Below, in pieces: positions 30,165 to 39,125 of a DNA stretch of 64,000 nt. The notes under the pieces were generated by a model, which saw only the letters and a program-made list of their open reading frames with translations, did no database searches and was not told the DNA's origin. This DNA is from Alphaproteobacteria bacterium. GTDB lineage: Bacteria; Pseudomonadota; Alphaproteobacteria; CALKHQ01. The translations under genes were made by a program, and so were the position numbers. The stretch is from positions 1,536,001 through 1,600,000 of the forward strand of contig CBDDFZ010000001.1 in assembly GCA_965227515.1 (NCBI GenBank). Reading direction: 5' to 3'. Position 1 is the first letter of the stretch. Each line of letters begins with the position of its first letter.

Positions 30165-30806
30165 ATGCGGAAGACGAGCGCCAGGATCGCTCTTGCCCTG
30201 TTGTGTCTTGTGATCGCCGGTGCGGCAACGCCCGCCGGCGCCACGACCGTGCGCCTGTTCAACACCGGCGAGACCCAAGGGTCGAACATGGCGTTCTTCC
30301 CGCAGTTCACCGACATGCTGCGCCGCTATGCCGCCGACTTGCCGAAGGCCAACGAACCGTGCAGCGGCGGGGTGTCGACGCCGTGCGTGCTGCGGCAATG
30401 GTCGGATTTCATCGTTTCGCTGCGCGGGCTGGACCGGCGCACCCAGATCGAGCGCGTCAACAGCTACATGAACGACATCGACTATGTCGAAGACAGCGCG
30501 AACTGGGGCAGCGAGGACTATTGGGCGACGCCGGTGCAGTTCTTCACCCGCGCCGGCGACTGCGAGGACTATGCGATCGCCAAGTACCTGACGCTGCGCG
30601 CGCTGGGCGTGCCGATCAGCGCCATGCGCATCGTGGTGCTACAGGACCGCAACCTGGGGCTGGCCCATGCCATCCTGGTGGTCTACGACAACGGCACGCC
30701 GCTGGTGCTGGACAACCAGATCGACCACGTGGTGGCCGCCTCGTCGATCCACCACTACCAGCCGATATATTCATTGAACGAACAGAACTGGTGGCGGCAC
30801 TACTGA
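30165..30806 (+). CDS. LapG-like transglutaminase-like cysteine protease (C93)
   Basis: signal peptide, DYWATP, GDCEDYAIAKY, HAIL, LDN triad. Confidence 0.9.
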   Translation: MRKTSARIALALLCLVIAGAATPAGATTVRLFNTGETQGSNMAFFPQFTDMLRRYAADLPKANEPCSGGVSTPCVLRQWSDFIVSLRGLDRRTQIERVNSYMNDIDYVEDSANWGSEDYWATPVQFFTRAGDCEDYAIAKYLTLRALGVPISAMRIVVLQDRNLGLAHAILVVYDNGTPLVLDNQIDHVVAASSIHHYQPIYSLNEQNWWRHY

Positions 30807-30967
30807 GCCGGTGGGCCGAGTTTCGCCGCGTGGTTCCGTTCGCGGCGTGTCCACCGCTTTTTGGCCAACCCGGTGATCTACCTCACACCCTCTCGGCAAC
30901 GCCGTTCCCACCTGAATCGTAGGGAGCCGTGACCACGGTCACGTCGATGAGAGAGGGAGCCAAGATC

Positions 30968-31108
30968 ATGAAAAACATACTGTTTTCCGCCGCCGTCGCA
31001 ATTGCTGTCGCCATTGGCGCAATGGGCGGCGTCAGCGGTGACGCATTTGCCGCGCCGAAGCCTGGACCCGGTACCGTTTCCGAGATTGGCATCGGTAGTG
31101 GCCGCTGA
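30968..31108 (+). CDS. 46-aa secreted peptide (not in ORF track)
   Basis: RBS gagggag; MKNILFSAAVAIAVAIGAMGGVSGDAFA|APKPGPGTVSEIGIGSGR*; terminator follows. Confidence 0.65.
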   Translation: MKNILFSAAVAIAVAIGAMGGVSGDAFAAPKPGPGTVSEIGIGSGR

Positions 31109-31137
31109 CCGCCTCATCATATTTCTGATGACAAAGC

Positions 31138-31165
31138 AACGCGGCCGATCTCGGCCGCGTTTTGT
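31138..31165 (+). terminator. Rho-independent terminator
   Basis: aacgcggccga-tc-tcggccgcgtt followed by a T-rich tract. Confidence 0.65.
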
Positions 31166-31210
31166 GGTTTTGTGGTTTTGTGGGTCGGATTACCTGGTGA
31201 TGACGATCTA

Positions 31211-32031
31211 GGGCCTGTTGAGATTCATCGCGAGTTTATGACAGCTGCTGCGAGATGGATGATGGCGTTGAAGCTTGTGTCGGTTTTGTCTGCACGCATG
31301 GCGATTCGCTTGAACTCTTTGAGTTTGCAGAAGAAGTTTTCGATCAGATGACGCCATTTGTACATCTCGGCGTCGATTTGCAGCGGGCTGGCGCGGCGCG
31401 GATGCTGGGATATGACGATCTTGGCACCGCGCTCGTTGAGGTCAGCAACGATGGCGCTGGTGTCGAACGCTTTGTCCGCGATCATCGCCTTGAAGGAGAG
31501 TCCGTCGATGAGCGGCGGCACGCCAACCGTATCGTAGCGATGGCCGGGCAGGAGCACGAAACGCACCAGATTGCCAAGCGCATCACACAGCGCGAGGATC
31601 TTCGTCGTCATCCCGCCCTTGGAGCGGCCGATGGCCTGGCTTTGAGTCCCCCTTTTGCGCCCTGGCCGTGGCGGTGCACCTTGACAATGGTGGCATCAAC
31701 CATGGCGTATTCCATGTCCGGCTCGTCCAAGCAGGCCTCGAACAGCCGCACGAAGACGTCTGCTTTGACCCAGTCGCGGTATCGCTTAAAGACCGTGTTC
31801 CAAGGGCCAAAAGATGTCGGGAGATCACGCCACGGGCTGCCCGTACGCACCACCCACAGCACGGCTTCGACAAAGCGCCGGTTGTCAGCGCCACTGCGGC
31901 CCGGATCGCTCGGCTTGCCCAAGCAATGGGGTTCCATCTTCGCCCATTGGGCGTCACTCAGTACGAATCGTTCCATCCGAAGCTTGAATCACAACCAAGC
32001 ACGGAGAGGAATCCTGAATCTCAACAGGCCT
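31211..32031 (-). mobile_element. IS5 family (IS427 group) insertion sequence
   Basis: 16-bp TIR ggcctgttgagattca / tgaatctcaacaggcc, TA duplication at a CTAG site, two overlapping transposase ORFs. Confidence 0.92.
31225..31976 (-). CDS. IS5/IS427 transposase (orfA 31608-31976 plus orfB 31225-31611, programmed frameshift)
   Basis: LSDAQW, GSPWRDLP, DAT, ADKAFD, YKWRHLIENFF; AAAAGGGGG slippery site near 31648-31656. Confidence 0.9.
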
Positions 32032-32822
32032 TAGTTCACCGCGACCAGGTGGCCGCGCACCGCGCCCCAATTGGTGTCCGCCTCCAGGCGCACCGGGATC
32101 ATCGGCCCGCCGGGCGATGCCGGTGCCAGATAGACCACGAACTCCTCCGGGCCGCGCCGGTCCGGCGGCGCCCGCCAGAAACCGGCCTCGCGCCGCACGC
32201 CGATGGTGCAGCGCAGCCCATCGCCGCCATAGATGCCGTAGTCGCTTACCGGCAGGGCGGTCGCCTCCGACGAGTTCACCTGAATGGTGTAGAGCCGCCG
32301 ACCGTCGAAGATGCGCTGGTCGGTGCCGCATGTGCCGGTCTGGGCCGCCAGGTCGGTCGCCGCCAGCACGGCCGTGAACGGGTCGATGGTGTCGGCCCGC
32401 GCCGAGGGCGAGACCGGGTCGCGGTCGTCGTATTCCGGCTCGGGGTCGATCACCACGTCGCTGACGCGCGCGTTCTCATAGAGCACGTCGACCGTGCGGT
32501 CGTCGCCGTTGAACCGGCTGAAGGTGAAGTACCGCTGCGGCTGCAGGCCCTGGGGCATGTCCAGACCCTCGGCGGTGGCCTGGGTCTTCATCTCCACCAG
32601 CGCGGCGAACAGCCCGATCACCTCCGCCTCGACCTGGAAGGCGTATGCACCGTTCGATCGGTCGATGGCGACATCGACCACGCTCATGTGGCTGCCGCCC
32701 ATGTAGACGTCGTAGCGCAACCGATAGCTCTCTTGCCCCTCGGCCATGGCCGGCAGTGCAAGCCCGCCAGCCATGCCCAGAACTGCCAAGCCCAAAACAA
32801 CGTGCCGTGTCCGGATTGTCAT
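32031..32822 (-). CDS. DUF3108-like exported protein
   Basis: signal peptide, IDP.TA, IFDGRR, P..PVR; paralog at 59076. Confidence 0.7.
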   Translation of the reverse strand: MTIRTRHVVLGLAVLGMAGGLALPAMAEGQESYRLRYDVYMGGSHMSVVDVAIDRSNGAYAFQVEAEVIGLFAALVEMKTQATAEGLDMPQGLQPQRYFTFSRFNGDDRTVDVLYENARVSDVVIDPEPEYDDRDPVSPSARADTIDPFTAVLAATDLAAQTGTCGTDQRIFDGRRLYTIQVNSSEATALPVSDYGIYGGDGLRCTIGVRREAGFWRAPPDRRGPEEFVVYLAPASPGGPMIPVRLEADTNWGAVRGHLVAVN

Positions 32823-32898
32823 GCCGTTCGCCTCCTTGCGCTCTGGCCTGCTGCTGTGACACCCGTCGTGCCATTCGTGCAGGCCCGTCACCGACGCC

Positions 32899-32928
32899 TT
32901 GACTTCGCGGCTACCGGGTCTTTATATC
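32899..32928 (+). promoter_or_regulatory. Sigma70-type promoter for tRNA-Val
   Basis: TTGACT-N17/18-TATAT. Confidence 0.5.
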
Positions 32929-33053
32929 CCGGCCTTCGCCAACGTCGGCCATCACGTCTCGGTAACCGCGACTTTGTCTGGTTACGAAGCGGCCGGCACT
33001 CTGGTTCAGTGCCACATGCTGAAACCGGAGTCCCGAAAGGCGCCGTCTGTGAC

Positions 33054-33128
33054 GGGCCGTTAGCTCAGCGGGAGAGCGCTCGCCTCACACGCGAGAGGTC
33101 GCTGGTTCAATCCCAGCACGGCCCACCA
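33054..33128 (+). tRNA. tRNA-Val (CAC)
   Basis: cloverleaf gggccgt...acggccc, anticodon arm ctcgc-ctCACac-gcgag, GTTCAA T-loop, CCA end. Confidence 0.96.
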
Positions 33129-33130
33129 CG

Positions 33131-33220
33131 CTTCGCACTTCGTGCTTCGGCTCGGCAAGCCGAGACGAAGCCGATAGGAGAAGGCTGTCGCGCCGAAGTT
33201 CAGAAGGAACGTAGGCGGAC
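33131..33220. repeat. REP-like palindromic cluster next to the GIY-YIG gene
   Basis: cttcgcacttcgtgcttcggctcggcaagcc...ggctgtcgcgccgaag...aggcggac. Confidence 0.5.
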
Positions 33221-33287
33221 GTCTGGCGGTCGCGTCTCTCGATCATCTAATCTGTTTTCTTGTTGGCCTTCGATCATCTGGTTGGAT

Positions 33288-33527
33288 TTGATCTACGTTT
33301 ACATTTTGCAGAGCCTGTCAAACTCGGATCGGTACTATGTCGGTCTGACAGGGGATTTGAAATCGCGACTCAAAATGCACAACGCGGGGGAGGTCGTGCA
33401 CACGGCCAAATTCCTGCCATGGACAGTGAAGACCTACGTAGCGTTCTCTGATCGCGAACGTGCCGTTGCCTTCGAGAGGTATCTCAAGACAGCGTCCGGG
33501 CGAGCATTTGCCAAGAAACGCCTGTGA
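33288..33527 (+). CDS. Small GIY-YIG nuclease
   Basis: YVYIL...YYVGLT..L..RL..HN...T....PW...E..LKT.SGR. Confidence 0.85.
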   Translation: MIYVYILQSLSNSDRYYVGLTGDLKSRLKMHNAGEVVHTAKFLPWTVKTYVAFSDRERAVAFERYLKTASGRAFAKKRL

Positions 33528-33686
33528 CGCGACTTGGATAACCAGAGCCACCCACTCCTCCGCTGTGAACCAACGCCACCTTCATTTCGGCGTATTTGCG
33601 TGTAGGCTAAACGCCTTGCCGCCGGGGCCAGCCGCAAGGCGACCGGGCGGTTGACGTTCCACCGCCGCGCCAGATACGACATCTGC

Positions 33687-35204
33687 ATGATCCACATTCC
33701 GCTACGTTTCGCGGCCGTTCTGCCGCTGCTGCTGCTGTTGGCCCAGGCAGCCGGTGTGCTGCCCGCGCAGGCGCAATCGGCGGCTGCGGAGTCCTGGACC
33801 GTCGAGGTTTCGGCACAGGCCAACATCTTCGGCGCCGGTCAGCCGGTGCCGCCCGACCCGGGTGACGGCAGCGGCGGCCTCGCGCCGCCGTCGATCGCGT
33901 TTCCGGCCGGGCCGGGCAATGTGTTTCGGTTCGACGCGTCCGGCGCCACCGGCTGCTGCGGGGTCGATTATCAGCCGACCCTGCCGCCCGACGGCGGAGA
34001 CGGCTGCTGCGGTGGCGGCACCGCGATCTCCGGCAGCGGCGGTATCGCCGGCATCTCCGGCAACAGCCAGATGCCGCTGGTTGGCGTGTTCTTGGGTGAC
34101 GGGACTCCGCCGGCCACGGCGCCCGCGCCTTTGCCGGCGTTCGATCACGTCGCGGCGCCGGCAGAACTGTCGCCCGCGCTCGGCCAGCCGTTCTTCATCG
34201 GCGATGGCCGCACAGGCAATGGGTCCGGGGATGTGCAGGCGATCACGGCGCCGGAAGGTGCGACCCATCTCTACCTGGGGTTTGCCGACGCCGGCGGGTT
34301 CAGCGGCGCACCCGGCGCCTATACCGACAACCCGGGCGGCCTGACCGTGCGGGTCACCATGACCGTCGAGCCTGACGGCCTGACCGCACGCGCGCCGGCC
34401 ACGCTGACATTCACCGGCCAGGGCGACGACGACATGACCGCCTACGCGGCGGCACTGAGTTTCGTCGGCCAGAGCGACGAGGGCATCACCGCCTATGCCG
34501 ACGGCCTGAGTTTCGTCGGCCAGAACCAGGACATTCGGGTGGTGGTCGAGCAGGCGTTGGTCTTCACCGGCCAGAGCGACGAAGCCTTGGTGGCCCGGGC
34601 CCCCGCGCCGCTGACCTTCGTCGGCCAGAGCGAGGACACGATCCTGGCCTATGCCGGCGGTGTCGACTTCGTGGGGCAGGGGCAGGAAACCCTTGTCGCC
34701 TATGCCGGCCCGCTCAGCTTCGAGGGCCAGACGCCGGGGCCGGTCATCACCCAGACCGTGCAGCTCTTTGAAAACGTGCCGGACGCCTGGTCGGAGACCT
34801 TTCGCGCCAACACCGATCCGCGGTTTTCCATCGACACGACGGACTGGGACACCACGCCTTATCGCCTGACCTCCAGCTTCCAGGGCGTCATCGTGGTGCC
34901 GCCCAATGCGCGTGTGACCCTGGCGGGCGACAGCCTGGGGAGCGCGAGTTTCAGGATTGACAACTTCATCGCGCTTGAAATCGGCGACGGGCCCGCCGTG
35001 GTCCTGGGTGCCGTGGCGCCGGTAACCTTTGACGGCCAGGTGCTGGAGCGAATTGCCGGGGGCTACAACCATGCGGCCGGCAGCATCGACCTGACACCGT
35101 ATTTCGAGCCCGGTGTGCCCACGCAACTCATCGCCCATGCGTTCGACTATGGTGGCACGGGGTATGTCAGCGACGTTTTCCTCGTCATCGAGACGAGGCA
35201 GTGA
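33687..35204 (+). CDS. Secreted protein with seven F-x-G-Q repeats
   Basis: signal peptide (AQA), Gly/Cys-rich N domain, ~17-aa tandem repeats. Confidence 0.7.
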   Translation: MIHIPLRFAAVLPLLLLLAQAAGVLPAQAQSAAAESWTVEVSAQANIFGAGQPVPPDPGDGSGGLAPPSIAFPAGPGNVFRFDASGATGCCGVDYQPTLPPDGGDGCCGGGTAISGSGGIAGISGNSQMPLVGVFLGDGTPPATAPAPLPAFDHVAAPAELSPALGQPFFIGDGRTGNGSGDVQAITAPEGATHLYLGFADAGGFSGAPGAYTDNPGGLTVRVTMTVEPDGLTARAPATLTFTGQGDDDMTAYAAALSFVGQSDEGITAYADGLSFVGQNQDIRVVVEQALVFTGQSDEALVARAPAPLTFVGQSEDTILAYAGGVDFVGQGQETLVAYAGPLSFEGQTPGPVITQTVQLFENVPDAWSETFRANTDPRFSIDTTDWDTTPYRLTSSFQGVIVVPPNARVTLAGDSLGSASFRIDNFIALEIGDGPAVVLGAVAPVTFDGQVLERIAGGYNHAAGSIDLTPYFEPGVPTQLIAHAFDYGGTGYVSDVFLVIETRQ

Positions 35205-35256
35205 TCCGGTTCCGCAATCCGGGGCCACCAAGCACAAGACCGAACGGGAGTTTGAT

Positions 35257-35703
35257 ATGAAGGCAACAATCGCAGCCGTTCTGGCAGGCCTCGTGGGGCT
35301 GTCGGGGTTGGGCGCAACGGCGGCCCAGGCCGAGGACTTCACCATCATCGTGCCGGTCGAGGTCAGCAACCTGCCCGAGGGCGCCCAGCCGCAGGTTGAG
35401 TGCTATGTCTTTGCCGAGGATCGGAGCAACATCCTGGGCATCGGCGAAGCGGCGGTGCCGGGCGGTGCGGCGGACTTTTCCGGCACGGTGACGGTCGCGT
35501 TCGACCTGTTCGAGGGCACAGACACCGTCGTACCGTCCGACGCGACGGGCTATTCCTGCCACTTGATGGTGCATCCGGACGCCGACCATGCCGCGCTGTC
35601 GTGGGCGCGGTGCGAGGAAGTGGGCCGCGATCCGCGCAACGAGCCGTTGATCTGCGGTGCCCGCGGCGCGCCGGTGGTCGGCCTGGTCGAAGGGACGTTC
35701 TGA
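35257..35703 (+). CDS. Secreted hypothetical protein
   Basis: RBS gggag, signal peptide ending AQA, 4 Cys. Confidence 0.7.
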   Translation: MKATIAAVLAGLVGLSGLGATAAQAEDFTIIVPVEVSNLPEGAQPQVECYVFAEDRSNILGIGEAAVPGGAADFSGTVTVAFDLFEGTDTVVPSDATGYSCHLMVHPDADHAALSWARCEEVGRDPRNEPLICGARGAPVVGLVEGTF

Positions 35704-35811
35704 TCCGGCGCCTCAAGGCGCCACAGTCGACCGGCCGTTCGCCTTAAGCCGATCTTCAGCTAGTCCGGGCTACACGCATCCGTTGCAATGTATGAACGCG
35801 GAGCGTGGCGA

Positions 35812-36975
35812 ATGTTTCTTTACATGTTCATGGTGCGGCGTGGCTGGCCCAGAACCTATCTGGGCAAGATCCTGCTGGTCAGCTTCATCGGTGTGCACAT
35901 CCCGATGATTGGCGCGGTGGCCTTCGCGCTGCTGCTCAGCGACGTGCCGATGGCCGACCAGTGGCCGATACTGGTCGCCCTGTTGGCCGCGACGCTGGTC
36001 GGCACCGTGGCGACGATGCTGTCCCTGGGCGCGCTGCTATCGCCGATGCGGCGCGCGACCCATGCGATCAACGCCTATCTCCGCGAGAAAAAGACGCCGC
36101 GCCTGCCGTCGCAGATCAAGGACGAGGCCGGCGTGCTGATGGCCAGCATCCAGGAAGGCATCACGCGGCTGGATGCCGCCCTGACCACGGCCGAGCTGCA
36201 CCGCGACGAGATGAAGGACGGCCACGCCCAGAAGTTCCAGGTCATCTCTGGCATGAGCCACGATATTCGCACGCCGCTCAACCACATCCTGGGATTCGCC
36301 ACCATGATGAAGGCGGAGGCGATGGGGCCGCTGGGCCAGGACTGCTACCGCCAATATGCCTCCACCATCGACGAGTCCGGCCGCGAGCTGCTGGACACGC
36401 TGCAATCGGTCCTCGATCTCAGCCAGGCGGAATCGGCGCCGTTCCGTGCCGACGAACTCGCCCATGTCGATCTGGCCGAGGTGGCCGACGAAGCCATCGG
36501 GCTGGAGCACCTGAACGCCGAGACCAAGGGCGTATCGGTGCGCCAGGCCGGCGCGCCGGTGGCCGAGGCGCATTCCGATCGCGCAACCGTCAAGCAGTCC
36601 ATCAGCGTCATGCTGCAGGTCGCCATCGATACCTCGATGGCGGGCGACACCGTTGAGATCGCGCTTGGCTGCAGGCCGAATGGCGGTGGGGCGGAAGTCC
36701 AGGTGACCGATGCGGGCCGTCACTTCTGGCTAGAGGACGTGCCGCCGGAGATGCGCGGCCGAATCGCCGGCCTGAAGCCCTATGCGGCGTCGGGCACGGC
36801 GGAGGATGGCGGCATCGTGTCGACGTCGCGCACCGCGGTACGGCTCTCGTTGCTGGCGACACTGGCACAGTTGGTTGGTGCCAGCCTCGACATCCGCCAT
36901 CGCGACGGCGTTGGCAAGGTGGTGTCGCTGACGCTGCCGGAGTCGAGGTCCGGGGCGTTGAAGGCTGCCGCCTAA
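35812..36975 (+). CDS. Membrane HisKA protein with degenerate HATPase domain
   Basis: 2 TM helices, HAMP-like region, SHDIRTPLN H-box; N/G1/G2 boxes eroded. Confidence 0.75.
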   Translation: MFLYMFMVRRGWPRTYLGKILLVSFIGVHIPMIGAVAFALLLSDVPMADQWPILVALLAATLVGTVATMLSLGALLSPMRRATHAINAYLREKKTPRLPSQIKDEAGVLMASIQEGITRLDAALTTAELHRDEMKDGHAQKFQVISGMSHDIRTPLNHILGFATMMKAEAMGPLGQDCYRQYASTIDESGRELLDTLQSVLDLSQAESAPFRADELAHVDLAEVADEAIGLEHLNAETKGVSVRQAGAPVAEAHSDRATVKQSISVMLQVAIDTSMAGDTVEIALGCRPNGGGAEVQVTDAGRHFWLEDVPPEMRGRIAGLKPYAASGTAEDGGIVSTSRTAVRLSLLATLAQLVGASLDIRHRDGVGKVVSLTLPESRSGALKAAA

Positions 36976-37024
36976 GCGGCGTCAGTCCCGGGTGCTGGCA
37001 GGCGGCAGGTCGGCTGTCCCGGCG

Positions 37025-37959
37025 CGCGCCGCCAGTTGCCAGCGGCAGGCCTCGAAATGGTAGCTGGCGCGAAAAAACGCCCGTGACCGACTCGGCGAAT
37101 CTCGGGTCGGTAGCATAGCTCGCCTAATACCCCACGCCCTCTCACCTCCGACATTGGACACGGCCCGAGCCATCGTCAAACTTTATTATGGAGAAAAACC
37201 AATACCCCTGATATACTTTTGCGTGTAAATCATAGTGTGGGGCGTGGGCCAATGGGGAAAGTGATATTATGTCTATTCCTGCTCGCAGGATGTTCGTTCA
37301 AGGGCCAAGCCAGTGCAACAGCTGGCGCCGCGGCTGAGGTTCTACCCCAGCGTGCCATTCCGGCGACTGCCAGTGTGTATCTGTCGTCGGAGTTGTCCGG
37401 TCTATCCCGGACAGTCTCCCCCTCCTATGTGTGCGGAGCGCATGCCTACCCACTGAGCCTCGGGGCTGCGATCCAAACCAGCATCATCACCACGAATGAA
37501 GCCGCGTTCGATGCGGTAGTCTCCGGCAAGGCTGCGACGTCACCGGAACCCGGAGCCTTGCGACACATTGCGTTTGACCTAGAGCAGATGAGCGCGCGGC
37601 TGGAGTTCTCGCCGGGTTTCTTCACGGCGAACGCACAGGCCAATGTCGACTTGATTATGGGAGTTAGCGTGTACGATGCTGCTGGCACGCAGATCTTGCG
37701 CGCCGTGGTGCAGGGCAACGGCTTTGCGGAGCAACAGGGTGATTGTCCGAGCGGCTCATCAGTACTGGGTCGTGCGGCAACAACTGCGATTGAGCGTGCG
37801 TTGGAGGAGTACGTCTTCAAAGTGATCAATGCAGATCAAATCGGCCTAACTGAGGACGAGCTTGCTATCGGTAGCTAAGCGCACCAAGCACCGGTGGCTT
37901 TGGGCAATGGCTCGGCTGGTTACCCCATTCCCTTTCGCGCCGCCAGTTGCCAGCGGCAG
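37025..37959. mobile_element. 0.9-kb cassette bounded by 24-bp direct repeats at the aquaporin 3' end
   Basis: cgcgccgccagttgccagcggcag at 37025-37048 and 37936-37959; interior less GC-rich. Confidence 0.7.
37252..37878 (+). CDS. Putative lipoprotein
   Basis: lipobox LLAGC; atypical codon usage. Confidence 0.7.
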   Translation: MGKVILCLFLLAGCSFKGQASATAGAAAEVLPQRAIPATASVYLSSELSGLSRTVSPSYVCGAHAYPLSLGAAIQTSIITTNEAAFDAVVSGKAATSPEPGALRHIAFDLEQMSARLEFSPGFFTANAQANVDLIMGVSVYDAAGTQILRAVVQGNGFAEQQGDCPSGSSVLGRAATTAIERALEEYVFKVINADQIGLTEDELAIGS

Positions 37960-38597
37960 AACCCCAGCGCGGCCGCGGCGCCGACAAGCTGGGCGACGAT
38001 GAACAGCGGCATGTGCGCCGGGTCGATGCCGGCGAAAGTGTCGGAGAAGCTGCGCGCGATGGTGACTGCCGGGTTGGCGAACGAGGTCGACGCGGTGAAC
38101 CAGTAGGCGGCGGTGATGTAGAGCCCCACCGCCATCGCGACCGCCTGCGGGCGCGCCTTCAGGGTCAGCAGGATGGTGGCGACGAGGCCGAATGTGGCGA
38201 TGCCTTCCGCGAACCATTGCGCGCCGCCGGTGCGTTCCTTCAGCGAGAACTGGACCACCGCTTCCTCGAACATCAGGTGGGCGGCTGCCACCCCGGCCAG
38301 CCCGCCGATGACCTGCGCCACCACATAGGCGCCGCTCTCGCCGACGCCGATATCGCGTTTGAGTGCGAATACCATGGTCACGGCCGGGTTGAAGTGCGCG
38401 CCGGAGATCGGCCCCAGCATGGTGATCAGCACCACCAGGATCGCACCGGTCGGGATGGTATTGCCCAGCAACGCGATGGCGACGTTTCCGTCCGCCAGCC
38501 GCTCGGCCATGATGCCGGACCCGACCACGGTGGCGAGCAGGAACGCGGTGCCGACCGCTTCCGCGCCCAGCCGCTGTGCGAAAGATGCGGCAGTCAC
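37920..38597 (-). CDS. MIP/aquaporin of an arsenic operon (AqpS-like)
   Basis: SGAHFNPAV, STSFANPAV; follows arsC. Confidence 0.88.
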   Translation of the reverse strand: MTAASFAQRLGAEAVGTAFLLATVVGSGIMAERLADGNVAIALLGNTIPTGAILVVLITMLGPISGAHFNPAVTMVFALKRDIGVGESGAYVVAQVIGGLAGVAAAHLMFEEAVVQFSLKERTGGAQWFAEGIATFGLVATILLTLKARPQAVAMAVGLYITAAYWFTASTSFANPAVTIARSFSDTFAGIDPAHMPLFIVAQLVGAAAALGFCRWQLAARKGMG

Positions 38598-39112
38598 GCG
38601 GCCTGCGTTCCGTCGTCGTCGGGCGCGCCGATCCTGTCCAACCGCTTCTGCAGGGCGAGCTTGTCGATGCTGGCCAGCGGCAGGTTCACGAAGATCGAGA
38701 TCCGGCTGTTGAGCATGCGATAGGCCTCGGAGTACGCGAACGCGATCTCCGCCTCGCTGCCTTCCGCCGCCGCCGGATCCGGCACGCCCCAGTGCGCCGT
38801 CATCGGCTGGCCGGGCCAGACCGGGCACATCTCCGCCGCCGCGCTGTCGCAGACCGTGAACACGAAGTCCATCTGCGGCGCGTCCGGCCCGGCGAACTCT
38901 CCCCAGTTCTTGGATCGGGCGAAGCTGACGTCGTGGTTCAGGCTCTTCAGCAGGGCCAGCGCATGGGGCTTGACGCTGCCCGAAGGATGGGAGCCGGCCG
39001 AGAAGGCCTGGAACCTGCCCATGCCCTCGCGGCGCAAGATCGCCTCCGCCATGATCGAACGGGCCGAGTTGCCCGTGCACAGGAACAGCACATTGAAGAT
39101 GCGGTCCGCCAT
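38594..39112 (-). CDS. arsC: Arsenate reductase, LMW-PTP type
   Basis: CTGNSARS, TVCD, CPVWPG, HWGVPDP. Confidence 0.93.
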   Translation of the reverse strand: MADRIFNVLFLCTGNSARSIMAEAILRREGMGRFQAFSAGSHPSGSVKPHALALLKSLNHDVSFARSKNWGEFAGPDAPQMDFVFTVCDSAAAEMCPVWPGQPMTAHWGVPDPAAAEGSEAEIAFAYSEAYRMLNSRISIFVNLPLASIDKLALQKRLDRIGAPDDDGTQAA

Positions 39113-39125
39113 CGGAAATCCCTCG

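Noticed and set aside
31160-31185. ttttgtgg short tandem repeat
   Set aside because: Three short units in a terminator tail; no evidence of function.
31668-33527. 619-aa ORF as a fusion protein
   Set aside because: Only the last ~80 aa (GIY-YIG) are credible; the rest crosses the IS, the DUF3108 antisense strand and a tRNA.
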